Assembly: GCA_963667845.2 (NCBI GenBank)
Contig: CAXXVL010000002.1
Location: 1,184,001-1,248,000, forward strand
DNA from: Smithellaceae bacterium
GTDB lineage: Bacteria > Desulfobacterota > Syntrophia > Syntrophales > Smithellaceae
Direction: 5' to 3'
Length of the DNA: 64,000 nucleotides
Shown here piece by piece: positions 10,424 through 20,710 of this stretch (position 1 is its first letter; each line of letters starts with the position of its first letter). The position numbers were made by a program, and so were the translations under genes. The notes beneath the pieces are model-generated. The model searched no databases, was not told where the DNA came from, and saw only the letters and a list, made by a program, of their open reading frames with translations.

Positions 10424-10901
10424 CTGCTTCTTCCTCCGCTCGCTTTCCTAATTTATTTAAGATCAAGCCCGGGGGGAAACCCCGTCCCATCAGGCTTTGA
10501 AATATTCTTTGTTTTTCTTTGGCGTCAAATGCAGCCGGCTTTTTTTTGGCCGCCCGTTTTTTAATCAGAATGGCGATCGCTTCTTCTTCCGGCATGTCCT
10601 GACGGGCGGAAGCGACGGCGTCATCGATGAGCCGTGCCGATATTCCTTTTTCCTGCAGGCTGGCAATGATTTTTCGATTGCCCCAGAGCTTGTTTGCCGC
10701 CAGATTGCGCGCCCATTGAATGGCAAAAGACGCGTCATTGAGATACTTCAAATCGCAGAGTTTTTCCAGTGCTTCTTTTACGACGGCTGCGGGAAAACCT
10801 CTTTCCCGCAGCTTTTTTTCCAGTTCTTTTACTGAGTGCGGCCTTAAGGCCAAAAGACGATACGCGCTCTGTTTGGCCGTGGCCAGGTCTAAGACTTTCA
10901 C
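10407..10901 (-). CDS. recX: Regulatory protein RecX
   Basis: LLALRPHSVKEL, YLNDASFA, LMGRGF; follows recA; GTG start at 10901 is inferred. Confidence 0.88.
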   Translation of the reverse strand: MKVLDLATAKQSAYRLLALRPHSVKELEKKLRERGFPAAVVKEALEKLCDLKYLNDASFAIQWARNLAANKLWGNRKIIASLQEKGISARLIDDAVASARQDMPEEEAIAILIKKRAAKKKPAAFDAKEKQRIFQSLMGRGFPPGLILNKLGKRAEEEADGEDG

Positions 10902-10902
10902 A

Positions 10903-11919
10903 TTATTCTTCCTGCTCTTTGGCGACGATGCCCAGTTTGGCACGGACATCACTTTCAATCTGAGCCATGATATCCGGATTTTCCTTCAGGAAAACGCGCG
11001 AGTTATCGCGACCCTGTCCGAGCCGGTCGCCCTTAAAGGAATACCAAGCGCCGCTTTTTTCAATGATGCCGTTTTCCGCCGCCAGGTCCAGCACGTCGCC
11101 CTCGCGCGAAATGCCCTCACCGAAAATAATATCGAATTCAGCTTCCCGGAAGGGCGGAGCCAGCTTATTTTTGACTACTTTGACCTTGGTCCGGAAACCG
11201 ATGACTTCCTGTCCATTTTTGATGGACGTCATCTTGCGGATATCCAGACGCTGCGAAGAATAAAATTTCAATGCATTGCCCCCGGTGGTGGTTTCCGGAT
11301 TGCCGAAGAAGACGCCGATTTTCATGCGCAGCTGGTTGATGAAAATAACGGTGGTTTTGGATTTGCTGATCGAGCCGGTGAGTTTGCGCAGGGCCTGCGA
11401 CATGAGCCTGGCTTGCAGGCCCATCTGGGCGTCGCCCATTTCGCCTTCGAGTTCCGCCTTGGGCACGAGCGCCGCCACGGAGTCGACCACCAGAACATCG
11501 AGAGCGCCGCTCCTAACCAGTGTCTCCGCGATTTCCAGCGCCTGTTCGCCCGTGTCCGGCTGGGAAATCAGGAGTTCATCGGTGTTGACGCCGATATTTT
11601 TGGCATACGTGACATCGAGGGCATGTTCGGCATCGATATAAGCCGCGATGCCGTTGCGCTTCTGAGCTTCGGCCACGATGTGCAGCGCCAGCGTCGTTTT
11701 TCCGCCGGATTCCGGCCCGTAGATTTCGATGACCCGGCCGCGCGGAACGCCGAACGTCCCCAGTGCGATGTCGAGGCTGAGCGACCCTGTGGGAATAGCC
11801 GGCACGTCCGCCACGCGATCGTGACTGCCCAGTTTCATAATCGACCCCTTGCCGAACTGCCTTTCGATCTGCGTGATCGCCAGGTCCACGGCCTTTGTTC
11901 TGTCCATATCTGCACACAT
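10903..11919 (-). CDS. recA: Recombinase RecA
   Basis: [39 protein letters not shown]. Confidence 0.99.
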   Translation of the reverse strand: MCADMDRTKAVDLAITQIERQFGKGSIMKLGSHDRVADVPAIPTGSLSLDIALGTFGVPRGRVIEIYGPESGGKTTLALHIVAEAQKRNGIAAYIDAEHALDVTYAKNIGVNTDELLISQPDTGEQALEIAETLVRSGALDVLVVDSVAALVPKAELEGEMGDAQMGLQARLMSQALRKLTGSISKSKTTVIFINQLRMKIGVFFGNPETTTGGNALKFYSSQRLDIRKMTSIKNGQEVIGFRTKVKVVKNKLAPPFREAEFDIIFGEGISREGDVLDLAAENGIIEKSGAWYSFKGDRLGQGRDNSRVFLKENPDIMAQIESDVRAKLGIVAKEQEE

Positions 11920-11983
11920 AATAAGATGACCTCCTTCACCCTGTAGTTTTTATGATGGGTAGGGAACATCGTCCCCTACAGAA

Positions 11984-12565
11984 TTACCCGGCAAGCGGGA
12001 AAACAGCGAGCTTTGTATAGACCGAGCCCCGCGGTGAGAGCTTGCTTTGAAACAAGACCAATTCCTTCCCGGAAAAGTCACCGCCAGCAAACGATCTGTA
12101 TTTGGTCAGGGCATTGTCGATGCCTGATACATCGCGGGGGTCTTTGATCCGGCAAAGCGTCAAATGAGCCCGAAACGGCCTGTCCTCCGCCGGAAAACCA
12201 AGGTCTGCAAAATCACCGTCCAGCTGTTTCTGAAGGGCAGAAAGTTTTTCGATATCGCCCGAAACGCTGCACCAGAGAACCCGGGGCCTGTGCGGATTCG
12301 GAAAAACGCCCGGCTCTCCGATGTTCAGATTCAGGGGCCGGTGTGTCCGCGCCCGGTTGTCCACGGCGGAGCTGATGCGTTTCACATCCTCCCCGGAAAC
12401 ATTCCCGAAAAACTTCAGCGTCAGGTGCTGCCCCTGCGGTTGTGTCCATCTGATCGGGCCGCCGAGGTCCCGCTTTAATTTTTCCTGAAGACGCGACACG
12501 GCGTCGAGGACATCCTCCGGAATCTCCAGAGCGAGAAAAGCGCGGATATTCTTTTCGTCCGGCAT
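11984..12565 (-). CDS. thpR: RNA 2',3'-cyclic phosphodiesterase (2H family)
   Basis: Two HxT motifs (HLTLKFFG, AHLTLCR); conserved cinA-thpR-recA order. Confidence 0.92.
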   Translation of the reverse strand: MPDEKNIRAFLALEIPEDVLDAVSRLQEKLKRDLGGPIRWTQPQGQHLTLKFFGNVSGEDVKRISSAVDNRARTHRPLNLNIGEPGVFPNPHRPRVLWCSVSGDIEKLSALQKQLDGDFADLGFPAEDRPFRAHLTLCRIKDPRDVSGIDNALTKYRSFAGGDFSGKELVLFQSKLSPRGSVYTKLAVFPLAG

Positions 12566-12568
12566 AAA

Positions 12569-13816
12569 CTATTTTTTCTCCTGCAAATAGTTCTTGAGCA
12601 TCATGAGCGCCGCTTCGGCGGAAACCATTTTGTTTCTTTTGCGGTCCCAGCGGTAGGCATAATGACGGCAGATGGTCCGAACCCCGTCGGACAGGGCTAT
12701 ATAAACGGTGCCGACAGGTTTTTCCTTGCTTCCGCCGGCAGGTCCCGCGATGCCCGTGGAAGATAACCCCAGAGTGGTTCCGGCAAGTTTTCGCACGCCT
12801 TCGGCCATCAGGCGCGCCGTTTCTTCGCTCACGGCCCCATGCGCTTCGATGATGCCGGCCCCAACGCCGAGCATACTGATTTTGGCTTCGTTGGAGTACG
12901 TCACCAGACCGCGTTCAAAATAGACGGAACTGCCGGGAACATCCGTCAGACGATCGGCGATGAGTCCTCCCGTGCAGGATTCCGCCACGGCGATGGTCAG
13001 TTTCTTATCCGTCAGCTCTGCGGCTACGATCTCTTCCAGGGTCTGATCGCCGTAGCCAAAAATGTAGTCCTGGAGACGCGCCGTTACTTCATCCTTGGCC
13101 GCTTGCAGACTCTTTTGCGCCTGTTCCGGGGTGTCGGCGCGCGCAATGAGCACGAGATGGTTCTCGGGGAATACAGGATAGAAACCGACGGCTACTCCCA
13201 GGGCATTAAAATTAATCTCGGCGAGCTTTTCGTCCACCGCCGCCTCGGAAAGGCCGAAGGTTTTGATCGTTTGTTTGACCGTATGCAAAACGGGTTCGGG
13301 GAAGTATCGCTGCAGGATAGGAATAACGCCTTGGGGCACCATCCGGCGCGTTTCGGAAGGGACGCCGGGAACGACGATAATCAGCTTGCCTGTTATCCGC
13401 AGTGCAAAGCCGGCAGCGGTGCCGACGGGATTGGCAATCACCTCGGCGCCCTCGGGAAACATGGCCTGTTTTGCGTTGTTCTCGGTCCAGCGCAGATTAT
13501 ACCGCGCAAAGATTTCTTTCAGGTAGAGCAGGACTTTCTCATCCGTATACAGAGGAAGGCCAAACGCCTGGGCTACCGCCATTGTCGTAATGTCATCGGC
13601 CGTCGGTCCCAGGCCGCCGGTGCAAATCACCGCGTCGGTAAAGCTCAGCAGATAGTTGAGACGGCACTTGATTGTGGCGAAATCATCACCGACCGACATC
13701 ATGACTTCGACCGGCCAGCCCTGCAGGTTAATTTCGCGCGCGATAAATGATGAATTCGTATCGGCCGTGCGCCCGCTCATCAATTCATTGCCAATGGTTA
13801 GAATTCCTACCTTCAT
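12569..13816 (-). CDS. cinA: Competence/damage-inducible protein CinA (MoCF-like domain + NMN deamidase)
   Basis: IGNELMSG, GGLGPTADD, AESCTGG, TGIAGP. Confidence 0.93.
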   Translation of the reverse strand: MKVGILTIGNELMSGRTADTNSSFIAREINLQGWPVEVMMSVGDDFATIKCRLNYLLSFTDAVICTGGLGPTADDITTMAVAQAFGLPLYTDEKVLLYLKEIFARYNLRWTENNAKQAMFPEGAEVIANPVGTAAGFALRITGKLIIVVPGVPSETRRMVPQGVIPILQRYFPEPVLHTVKQTIKTFGLSEAAVDEKLAEINFNALGVAVGFYPVFPENHLVLIARADTPEQAQKSLQAAKDEVTARLQDYIFGYGDQTLEEIVAAELTDKKLTIAVAESCTGGLIADRLTDVPGSSVYFERGLVTYSNEAKISMLGVGAGIIEAHGAVSEETARLMAEGVRKLAGTTLGLSSTGIAGPAGGSKEKPVGTVYIALSDGVRTICRHYAYRWDRKRNKMVSAEAALMMLKNYLQEKK

Positions 13817-14280
13817 AAGACCCCTGTAAGTGTGAATATAAGCATTATGCTTCCGGCATAAATTCCGGCGCCGAGGTCATCGGCCACCACGCCCCAGCCT
13901 CCGGGTAAATTCTGAAGACGTCCCAGTGGGAAAGGCTTCCAGATATCGAATATACGAAACAGGACAAAAGCGATGCACAGGTGGAGGCCCGTAATGGCCA
14001 CGGGCAGCATGGTCACCTGGAGGCCGGCAATTTCATCAATCACGATCCGCTGGTCGTCTGTTTTTCCGAAAAGAATCTCAGCCTGACCTGCAACATAAAT
14101 AGACAGAGCCGTTATTGCAACTACAAAAAGGAGGCGTAAAGGCCAGGCCAGGGGATAACAAACCAGACAAATGAACACCCCGACTAAAGTGCCGGCCGTT
14201 CCCGGAGCGACGGGCGACAGGCCGGCGCCGAATCCCGTTGCCAGTATTTTGATGGTGTTGCTCTTTCGCGTGGCCGTCAT
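13813..14280 (-). CDS. pgpA: Phosphatidylglycerophosphatase A
   Basis: APGTAGT, IVIDEIAG, FRIFDIWKPFP, GVVADD. Confidence 0.93.
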   Translation of the reverse strand: MTATRKSNTIKILATGFGAGLSPVAPGTAGTLVGVFICLVCYPLAWPLRLLFVVAITALSIYVAGQAEILFGKTDDQRIVIDEIAGLQVTMLPVAITGLHLCIAFVLFRIFDIWKPFPLGRLQNLPGGWGVVADDLGAGIYAGSIMLIFTLTGVL

Positions 14281-14327
14281 ACAGACCTTTTATAATATTA
14301 TTTATTATCAATGAGTTAGGTTCTGGA

Positions 14328-14356
14328 AAGTTAGCTTCTTTTTTACGGGGTGTCAA
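14328..14356 (-). promoter_or_regulatory. Sigma70-type promoter for the pgpA-recA operon
   Basis: TTGACA-N17-TAACTT on the minus strand, ~50 nt before pgpA. Confidence 0.55.
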
Positions 14357-14408
14357 ACATCTTTTCGCCAAAACCCGCTTTCCCCCCAAAAATAACCAGA
14401 CCCTGACA

Positions 14409-14426
14409 ATAGAACGTACGTTCTAT
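14409..14426. promoter_or_regulatory. Perfect 18-bp palindromic operator ATAGAACGTACGTTCTAT
   Basis: Perfect inverted repeat with a GAAC-N4-GTTC core, between divergent pgpA and mobB. Confidence 0.65.
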
Positions 14427-14537
14427 ATCATATTCGCCGGGGATGTCAAGCAATCTGTAAAGGCATGAATCAAAAATTGGCAGACTCCACATTATATGCT
14501 AAGAAAGAGGGACAATAATGGAAAGCGCAAAGAAAAT

Positions 14538-15035
14538 ATGACCATACCCATTGTATCCATCGTCGGCAAGTCCAATTCCGGCAAGACAACCCTTCTCGAA
14601 AAAATTATTTCCGATCTGGTCGGAAGGGGGTACCGTGTCGCAACCATCAAGCATAACAGGCACGGGTTTAACATTGATCATGAAGGTAAGGACAGTCACC
14701 GGCATAAAAAGGCGGGCGCGCAGATGACTGTCGTGTCATCGCCGCACCAGCTGGCCCTGATTTCGGACGTTGATCATGATTATTCATTTGCAGAAATCCG
14801 CGACAGATACATTTCCGGCGTCGATATTATCCTAACTGAAGGATTTAAGATTAACGACTATCCCAAAATTGAAGTCTACCGGTCCGAACTCAAACGTGAT
14901 CTTTTAAGCACAAAAGAAGACGGCTTGATTGCGGTGGCCACGGATACCCAATTGGATATCGGCGTACCCTCTCTGGACATCAACGACCCAAAATCAATAA
15001 CGGATTTTATTGAGAAGAAGTTCCTGCGAGCGTAG
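14538..15035 (+). CDS. mobB: Molybdopterin-guanine dinucleotide biosynthesis protein B
   Basis: IVGKSNSGKTT, VATIKH, GKDS, EGFK. Confidence 0.92.
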   Translation: MTIPIVSIVGKSNSGKTTLLEKIISDLVGRGYRVATIKHNRHGFNIDHEGKDSHRHKKAGAQMTVVSSPHQLALISDVDHDYSFAEIRDRYISGVDIILTEGFKINDYPKIEVYRSELKRDLLSTKEDGLIAVATDTQLDIGVPSLDINDPKSITDFIEKKFLRA

Positions 15036-15079
15036 GATCGCATGCCGATTTGTTGCCGGCTTCCGCAGCTGACGACAAA

Positions 15080-15667
15080 TCAAACCCGCTCCCTATTATA
15101 AATAAATTTGCGTATTTCCGGCTGGCCGAGGAAATTAACTTCGACATGACGCAATCCTTCCCCATCTGTCCATGAGCGCAGTATTTTGCCGTCGGCAGTT
15201 GTTTCCCCTTTTTCAAAGCTGAATTTCACCTGGACAAAGGATCCGATTGCCGGAGATGCCGAATCGGTGTCCTGCAGGACCAGATGAGTTCCTCCTCCGG
15301 ATATGTCAACGATCTTAATTTCCTGATCACCGCAGTAAGCGTGAAGTTCGGGCAATACGTCGAAATGGACTCGCGGCCACAGACGCAGATCGCAAACAAA
15401 AGGCTTTGTGAATTGCCTGAGGAAGATTTGCTGATCGGCGGTAATGTTTTCAATTCTGGCCTGAAATCCCAGCCGCCGGTTTTTTTGCTTTTCCGCACAA
15501 TAGGTAAAGAAGACCAGGGATCTCAGTGCTGAATCGTCGATCGGGGGATTCGTTTGTTCGATAACGACCCGGCCGTCGTCGAGATGCGTGATAAAAGTCG
15601 AACGGCGGACATCATCTGCTGTGAGTCGCAAATAGATTTCATCATTTGGCCTGATATCTAAAATCAT
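15080..15667 (-). CDS. PilZ-domain protein (YcgR-like; RxxxR appears as LRLWPR)
   Basis: C-terminal DISGGG and RxxPR motifs. Confidence 0.7.
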   Translation of the reverse strand: MILDIRPNDEIYLRLTADDVRRSTFITHLDDGRVVIEQTNPPIDDSALRSLVFFTYCAEKQKNRRLGFQARIENITADQQIFLRQFTKPFVCDLRLWPRVHFDVLPELHAYCGDQEIKIVDISGGGTHLVLQDTDSASPAIGSFVQVKFSFEKGETTADGKILRSWTDGEGLRHVEVNFLGQPEIRKFIYNRERV

Positions 15668-15905
15668 AAAACATTTCCTCTTCCAAAAGCTTGGCTTCTT
15701 TTGCGAACGGTGTCCGCCTGAGCATTTATCCCGTCAGGACTGCGTGACGTTTTCACTAATACTGTGGCGATGAAAATACCACGATATTCAGGAAAAAAAT
15801 ATATAAATGTTAAAAATAACCGCAGAAACAAATAATGGACAGACACCGATGACTCGTGTAGATTTCACCTCCGGTTACGTAATAATTCGCTAGTTATTAA
15901 CGAAG

Positions 15906-16004
15906 TCAGCCCCCTCGCAGCAAGCCGTCGAGGTATGAAATGATGTTATTATTTCGCAGCAAGCTACGGAGAATTGACGCTCGTCCCGCGTGAGCGGGAT
16001 TAAA
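15906..16004 (-). repeat. ~100-bp dispersed element, copy B
   Basis: Reverse complement matches copies A and D. Confidence 0.9.
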
Positions 16005-16086
16005 TGACTTCACGCCCGGATTTGATCCACTTTGCGACACGGGAGTTGTGTATTCGGGAAGGGAAGAAACAGGCGAAGGTCCGGCT

Positions 16087-17349
16087 ATGAAGAGCGATCG
16101 GAAAGAGATTGATGAAGGGACCGGATACATAGGTTACCGGGAAGCCTTTGATACGGTATCGGCAAATGTCCGTTCGGTGGGAGACGAGCTGCTTTCGCTC
16201 GAGAGGTGCATAGGTCGGGTTGCGGCCGCTGATCTCATCGCCCGGGTGAGTTATCCTTCTGTAGATGTCTCACTCAAAGACGGTTATGCCGTGCTGTCTG
16301 CGGATATCGCTTCGGCAGACAGACAAAAACCCGTTCACCTGAAAGTTGCCGGTTCGGCATTTGCCGGAGTGCGATATGAGGGGCGAATAGAAACCGGTGG
16401 GGCAGTCAAGGTGTGCTCCGGTGCGCCGCTGCCTGACGGAGCGGATGCCGTGGTTGCCGGTGAGTTTTGCGAGGGAAGCTCGCCGGACAAAGTAATTATC
16501 AGCGCGGATGCCGGACCGGGACGAAATATTCTGCAAGCGGGTTCGGAGGTGGCAGCCGGGGCCACGATTGTCCGCATGGGTGAAAGGCTCTTGCCCGGAT
16601 CTCTGGGGCTGGCTGCGGCGGCAGGCTTGACCCATGTAAAGGTTTACCGCCGGCCGCGTGTGGCAATCATCAGTATCGGCGACGAGGTTGTGGCGCCGGG
16701 TGAAAAACTGCATGTCGGTCAGCTTTACGCCAGCAATCTGGTCACGATGCAGTCGTGGCTCAATTCTTTCGGTATTTCCTGCGCTGCTTCCATTGTTGCC
16801 GATCAGGAAGCTTCCCTCGGGAGGGAGATGCTTACGCAATTGCCTCACGTCGATGCCATTCTCACCAGCGGCGGCGCCTGGGGCAGCGAGCGCGACCTGG
16901 TCATCGGGACATTGAACAGACTGGGATGGCAGAAGCTGTTCCACTATGTGCGCATGGGGCCCGGAAAGGGTATCGCCTTCGGTCTCTGGGAAAACGTGCC
17001 GGTATTTTGTCTGCCGGGCGGACCGACCAGCAATCAGATGGCCTTCCTGCAACTGGCATTGCCCGGCCTTCTGCGCATGGGCGGCGATCACCGGCACCCA
17101 TTACCGACGCTGCCGGCCAGGCTTACCGAAGCTGCGAAAGGCCGTCATCCGGCGTGGACGGAATTTAAGGACGCCGTCGTCACTCATGATGACGAGGGCC
17201 GCTACAGCGTATCGCTCTATAAAAGCAGCAGCCGCTTACAGGCAATTGCCCGCGCCGGCGGCCTCATCTGCATTCCCGAGGGAAGAGACGCTTTGCAAAG
17301 TGGTGAGGTTGTGCCGGTTCAGTTGCTCACAGGGCGGTTTGATGACTGA
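16087..17349 (+). CDS. moeA: Molybdopterin molybdenumtransferase MoeA
   Basis: SLKDGYAV, GAPLPDGADAVV, GDE, TSGG, LPGGP. Confidence 0.9.
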   Translation: MKSDRKEIDEGTGYIGYREAFDTVSANVRSVGDELLSLERCIGRVAAADLIARVSYPSVDVSLKDGYAVLSADIASADRQKPVHLKVAGSAFAGVRYEGRIETGGAVKVCSGAPLPDGADAVVAGEFCEGSSPDKVIISADAGPGRNILQAGSEVAAGATIVRMGERLLPGSLGLAAAAGLTHVKVYRRPRVAIISIGDEVVAPGEKLHVGQLYASNLVTMQSWLNSFGISCAASIVADQEASLGREMLTQLPHVDAILTSGGAWGSERDLVIGTLNRLGWQKLFHYVRMGPGKGIAFGLWENVPVFCLPGGPTSNQMAFLQLALPGLLRMGGDHRHPLPTLPARLTEAAKGRHPAWTEFKDAVVTHDDEGRYSVSLYKSSSRLQAIARAGGLICIPEGRDALQSGEVVPVQLLTGRFDD

Positions 17350-17693
17350 TATATTTTTCAACAATCAATAAATCCTCTCCCCGACATCATGGCGGTAAAA
17401 GGTAAAAGAGGCCGGTTTCAGAATTGAACCGGGCTAAACTTCTTTATCGTTTGCCCGAGGGATTTGAGGTCCATAGGCCGGCACCAGCCGACTAAACCGA
17501 TCACATTATGAATTAGTCCCGCATCAGGCGTTTGTCTTATCCCGCGTCTAAGTGCATTGTGAATCCAATATTGAAGAAATTATAAAGCGTGTCATTTTTG
17601 AATGCGGCCATAGGAATCAAGGGATTGATTTTAGTTCCCCAAACATGGGGGCATAAACAGACAGAAATTTACACCCCCATGCTTGAAGTGCAT

Positions 17694-18206
17694 CTAATCA
17701 ACTTTTTCGACGGGGAATCCGGCTTCGTCCCAGGCTTTGATGCCGCCGGGGAAACGATAAACGTTTGTGTAACCGAGTTTCCTGGCCCACAGGGCTCCGT
17801 TATGGCTGCGCGTACACTTTACAAAGCCGCAGTAAAAAACAAGTGTGCGGTCCTTGTTTGAGCCCAGGATCTTCAGGAGCGCCGTTTTCGTTTTTTCGTC
17901 AAGCGTGGTCATCTCCGGGATGGGGAACTCCATCTGTACCGCGCCCGGGATATGCTGCTTCTTGTAGCTCGCCTCATAGGGCATGGTGTCTACGATCAGC
18001 ATGTCTTTCTTTTGGTCGATCCAGCCTTTAAACTCCTTGGTGGTCACGACATTGTAGCCGCCCCGGCTTGCTTCCCGTGCAAAGGCAACCGCACTCTGTT
18101 CGGTATCCAGCTCTTTGGTGCCCCAGGCCGCTTGCGCGCTGAAAGAAAAACCGGTCATGATGGCCGCAGCAAAGATAAAGAACACAACATTTTTTATCGT
18201 TTTCAT
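17694..18206 (-). CDS. Exported rhodanese-domain protein
   Basis: Signal peptide, HIPGA, VFYCGFVKCTRS, GGIKAW; RBS AAGGAG. Confidence 0.88.
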   Translation of the reverse strand: MKTIKNVVFFIFAAAIMTGFSFSAQAAWGTKELDTEQSAVAFAREASRGGYNVVTTKEFKGWIDQKKDMLIVDTMPYEASYKKQHIPGAVQMEFPIPEMTTLDEKTKTALLKILGSNKDRTLVFYCGFVKCTRSHNGALWARKLGYTNVYRFPGGIKAWDEAGFPVEKVD

Positions 18207-18219
18207 AGATTTCTCCTTC

Positions 18220-18744
18220 TCAGTAGTCTTGATTATTTTCTGCTGAACTCTTATTGCATCCGGCCGATGCTTCTTTTGCTGTCTCGCCTGCCACAGAGGA
18301 AGGGTTCGACCGCATCCGGCGGGAAGCGTATAGGTAAGGCAACACGATCCCCACAAGAAAAACGTCGCGCCAAAATGCCCGCGCAAGGCTTGCCCGTTTG
18401 TCCAGATCGTCGGCCCCGAAACATCCGCAGTCCACATTGATATCCAGGGCAATGCCGTAGCCCAGCACAAGAACGAACAGGCTCAGCAGCGATGCGATCG
18501 CGGTCAGACTGCCCCGGATATCCAAGATTAAACCGATGCCCGCTACAGTTTCAATAATCGGCAGGCCGACGGCAATTAAGGGCAGAAGCATTTCCGGTAC
18601 CAGATCGTAACCCGAAATGGTGCGGGCAAAGGCCCGGGGATCGACGAGTTTCATGACCCCGCCATAGATGAACAAAGCGGCAAGCAAGATCCTGACGATC
18701 CTGTAGGGCCAAATCCAGGCAGCTGCTCTAAGCAGAGGCCGCAT
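18220..18744 (-). CDS. MauE/DoxX family membrane protein (start uncertain, 18744-18774)
   Basis: RILLAALFIYGGVMKL, DCGCFG, RD motif. Confidence 0.8.
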   Translation of the reverse strand: MRPLLRAAAWIWPYRIVRILLAALFIYGGVMKLVDPRAFARTISGYDLVPEMLLPLIAVGLPIIETVAGIGLILDIRGSLTAIASLLSLFVLVLGYGIALDINVDCGCFGADDLDKRASLARAFWRDVFLVGIVLPYLYASRRMRSNPSSVAGETAKEASAGCNKSSAENNQDY

Positions 18745-18876
18745 CGTTTGCCTTATAAAAATCGACATCCCCATACTGATTCCAATATTTTGTATCCTCT
18801 GCAGGATAGCGAAAGTATCTCCGCTTTTAACCGGCCTGTGCTGCCCGTTGCAGCAAACCCCCACTGTCGGCAACGG

Positions 18877-19380
18877 TCACCTGTTCAGTCTATTTTGCTC
18901 CCGGAGGATGATGCGCGCTGTTTCCTCGGCTACTTCACCCGTAAAAGCGATGCACTGTTCTATTTGTCGATAAGATCCCATGATCGTGTATCGGGTAAGC
19001 TTTCGGCAGCAGGTCGACTTGTGCCGCTTTTTGAAAATGTCATGCAGTTCCCTCGCGAGTTTCATGGCTTGGGCCACTCTGGCGTCCTTCGGTGCGGTTC
19101 TGCCGAAGACCAGCCCCAGGGCCAAGATGCCGCCCGCCAGTGCGCCGCAGGTGCATCCGGCTCCGCCAAAGCCTACAGGAAAGCCGGAAGCCGCAGCAAT
19201 CACAGCATCCGGCACCGGCAGTTGGAAAGCGTCCTTGATGGTTTTGACGACGGCTTCCGAACAGTAATAATCACCGCTTCGGTAATACTGCTCTGCTGTT
19301 GATTTGATTTTGTCCAAATCGATATTTCCGGATAATGTTTCACATTTCAATACGGAAGCACTTTCCATAATTTGTGCCAT
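18877..19380 (-). CDS. C_GCAxxG_C_C family putative redox protein
   Basis: YCSEAV, GCTCGALAGG, TCCRKL, QC. Confidence 0.88.
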   Translation of the reverse strand: MAQIMESASVLKCETLSGNIDLDKIKSTAEQYYRSGDYYCSEAVVKTIKDAFQLPVPDAVIAAASGFPVGFGGAGCTCGALAGGILALGLVFGRTAPKDARVAQAMKLARELHDIFKKRHKSTCCRKLTRYTIMGSYRQIEQCIAFTGEVAEETARIILREQNRLNR

Positions 19381-19419
19381 TCCATGGGTTCATTGATATG
19401 AACATTAATTAAAAAAATA

Positions 19420-19656
19420 CTACTCGTGTACCAGAGGCCTGATCGCTTCCATTTCAACTCTGCCGGCCAGTGCAGCTTCGATTTGGTCCTGAAAGGCCGG
19501 TTCAAAGCGCAGACAAATACCGCAGTCCGAACTGATCTGTTTGGGGACGGGAATCAGTTTGTGGGGAAGCCCGCAGGCCTTGAGAATTTTTTCCGCCTTC
19601 AAGGCGTAGCTCACCGACTTGAAAAGAATGACGCAATAGAGTATCTGCTCGTTCAT
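19420..19656 (-). CDS. DUF3343 family protein (Se/S-carrier-associated)
   Basis: FKSVSYALKAEK, LIPVPKQISSDCG; 4-nt overlap with yedF. Confidence 0.85.
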   Translation of the reverse strand: MNEQILYCVILFKSVSYALKAEKILKACGLPHKLIPVPKQISSDCGICLRFEPAFQDQIEAALAGRVEMEAIRPLVHE

Positions 19657-20267
19657 GGCGTCAATAACCGGCCGGCCTTGCTCATCGTTCCGGCAATGTC
19701 GTACATATTGGAGACAGCACCCACGCCTAATTTATCCTTAACCTCGAAGTAATTGAGGCACGTGCCGCAAACAAGGATTTCGACGCCCGCCGCTGCCAGT
19801 TCTTTTAAATCTTCCAGCGTCTCCGAGCCCTGCAGAGTCAGTTTAACGCCCGTATTGTAAAATACCATGACATCCGGTTTTTCCTTTTGCAGGCAGACGG
19901 TATGCAGGAATGCGCGAATCAAAACGGAACCGAGTTCATCGTTGCCTCGTCCCATTTTATCTTCGGCAAAAACAATGACAAAGGGTCCGGAAGGAGACGG
20001 GGAAGCGTCGCACGTCGCGGGAATATCCTTCGCCGGTATTCGAGCCCCCGGCTTTCGTGTTAGAGTTATTTCAAAGATACCGTCCTCTTTGGCTTCGCTT
20101 ATCACATCGCAGCTAAGTTTTGCTCCCAGGCGCCGGACATTTTCCAGTGCCGTATCGTTATCCACGATCACTTTCACCTTGTCATGGCTTTCCATAGCCT
20201 GCTTGGTCAGAATGACCGGTTGCGGGCAGCCAAGGCCCCTGGCATTGACAATTTTAATATCGCTCAT
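19653..20267 (-). CDS. yedF: Sulfurtransferase-like selenium metabolism protein YedF (TusA + DsrE domains)
   Basis: ARGLGCPQPV (TusA), MGRGNDELG, CGTCLNYF, VSNMY. Confidence 0.88.
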   Translation of the reverse strand: MSDIKIVNARGLGCPQPVILTKQAMESHDKVKVIVDNDTALENVRRLGAKLSCDVISEAKEDGIFEITLTRKPGARIPAKDIPATCDASPSPSGPFVIVFAEDKMGRGNDELGSVLIRAFLHTVCLQKEKPDVMVFYNTGVKLTLQGSETLEDLKELAAAGVEILVCGTCLNYFEVKDKLGVGAVSNMYDIAGTMSKAGRLLTP

Positions 20268-20710
20268 TTGATAATCACTTCCGCCTTCATATTCATTTTA
20301 TCGGGTTAAACGATATATTATTATCCGGCATATATCAAATCACTTATTGTTATAGTTCACTGAGAATTATTCCCTTTATTCATTGGCAGCTATGCGGGGT
20401 TCAGTGATACGAATATAAGAACAAAACGAACCGGTGGTCTCAACCTGCCATTTTGGCAGCAGGTTACCGCAGGACGTCTGAAAGGGCAGATCGCAAAGGG
20501 AGTTTTAAGGAAGGCCAAACCGGGCAATCGACACCACCTGGGTATGAAAATATCGGCCATTCCCCTTTATTGCGGGAGGATGTATCATTATATTAGTTGT
20601 CGGCGACAACCGGGAATGACTCTGCGGCGTTGCGAGCATCGTTCACCAGGACCCCGGCCATATTGCAAATCGTCGGGGATGGAATGAATCCGAATAGTAA
20701 GGAGCTGCCT

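Noticed and set aside
10720..11946. Long antisense ORFs over recA, alaS (8279-9379), the kinase (26440-27504), the ligase (31064-32338), AlaDH (40536-41510) and pgk/tpi (54483-55559)
   Set aside because: All mirror well-supported genes on the opposite strand.
11959..11979. GTAGGG...CCCCTAC REP-like hairpin or SOS box before recA
   Set aside because: Single short copy; GAAC spacing does not fit an SOS box.
17350..17693. Possible riboswitch or sRNA between convergent moeA and rhodanese
   Set aside because: Only weak hairpins; no Moco or c-di-GMP consensus found on either strand.
20580..20687. 35-codon ORF (MYHYISC...) upstream of the AhpD-like gene
   Set aside because: GGAGG abuts the ATG with no spacing and the peptide is unrecognisable.
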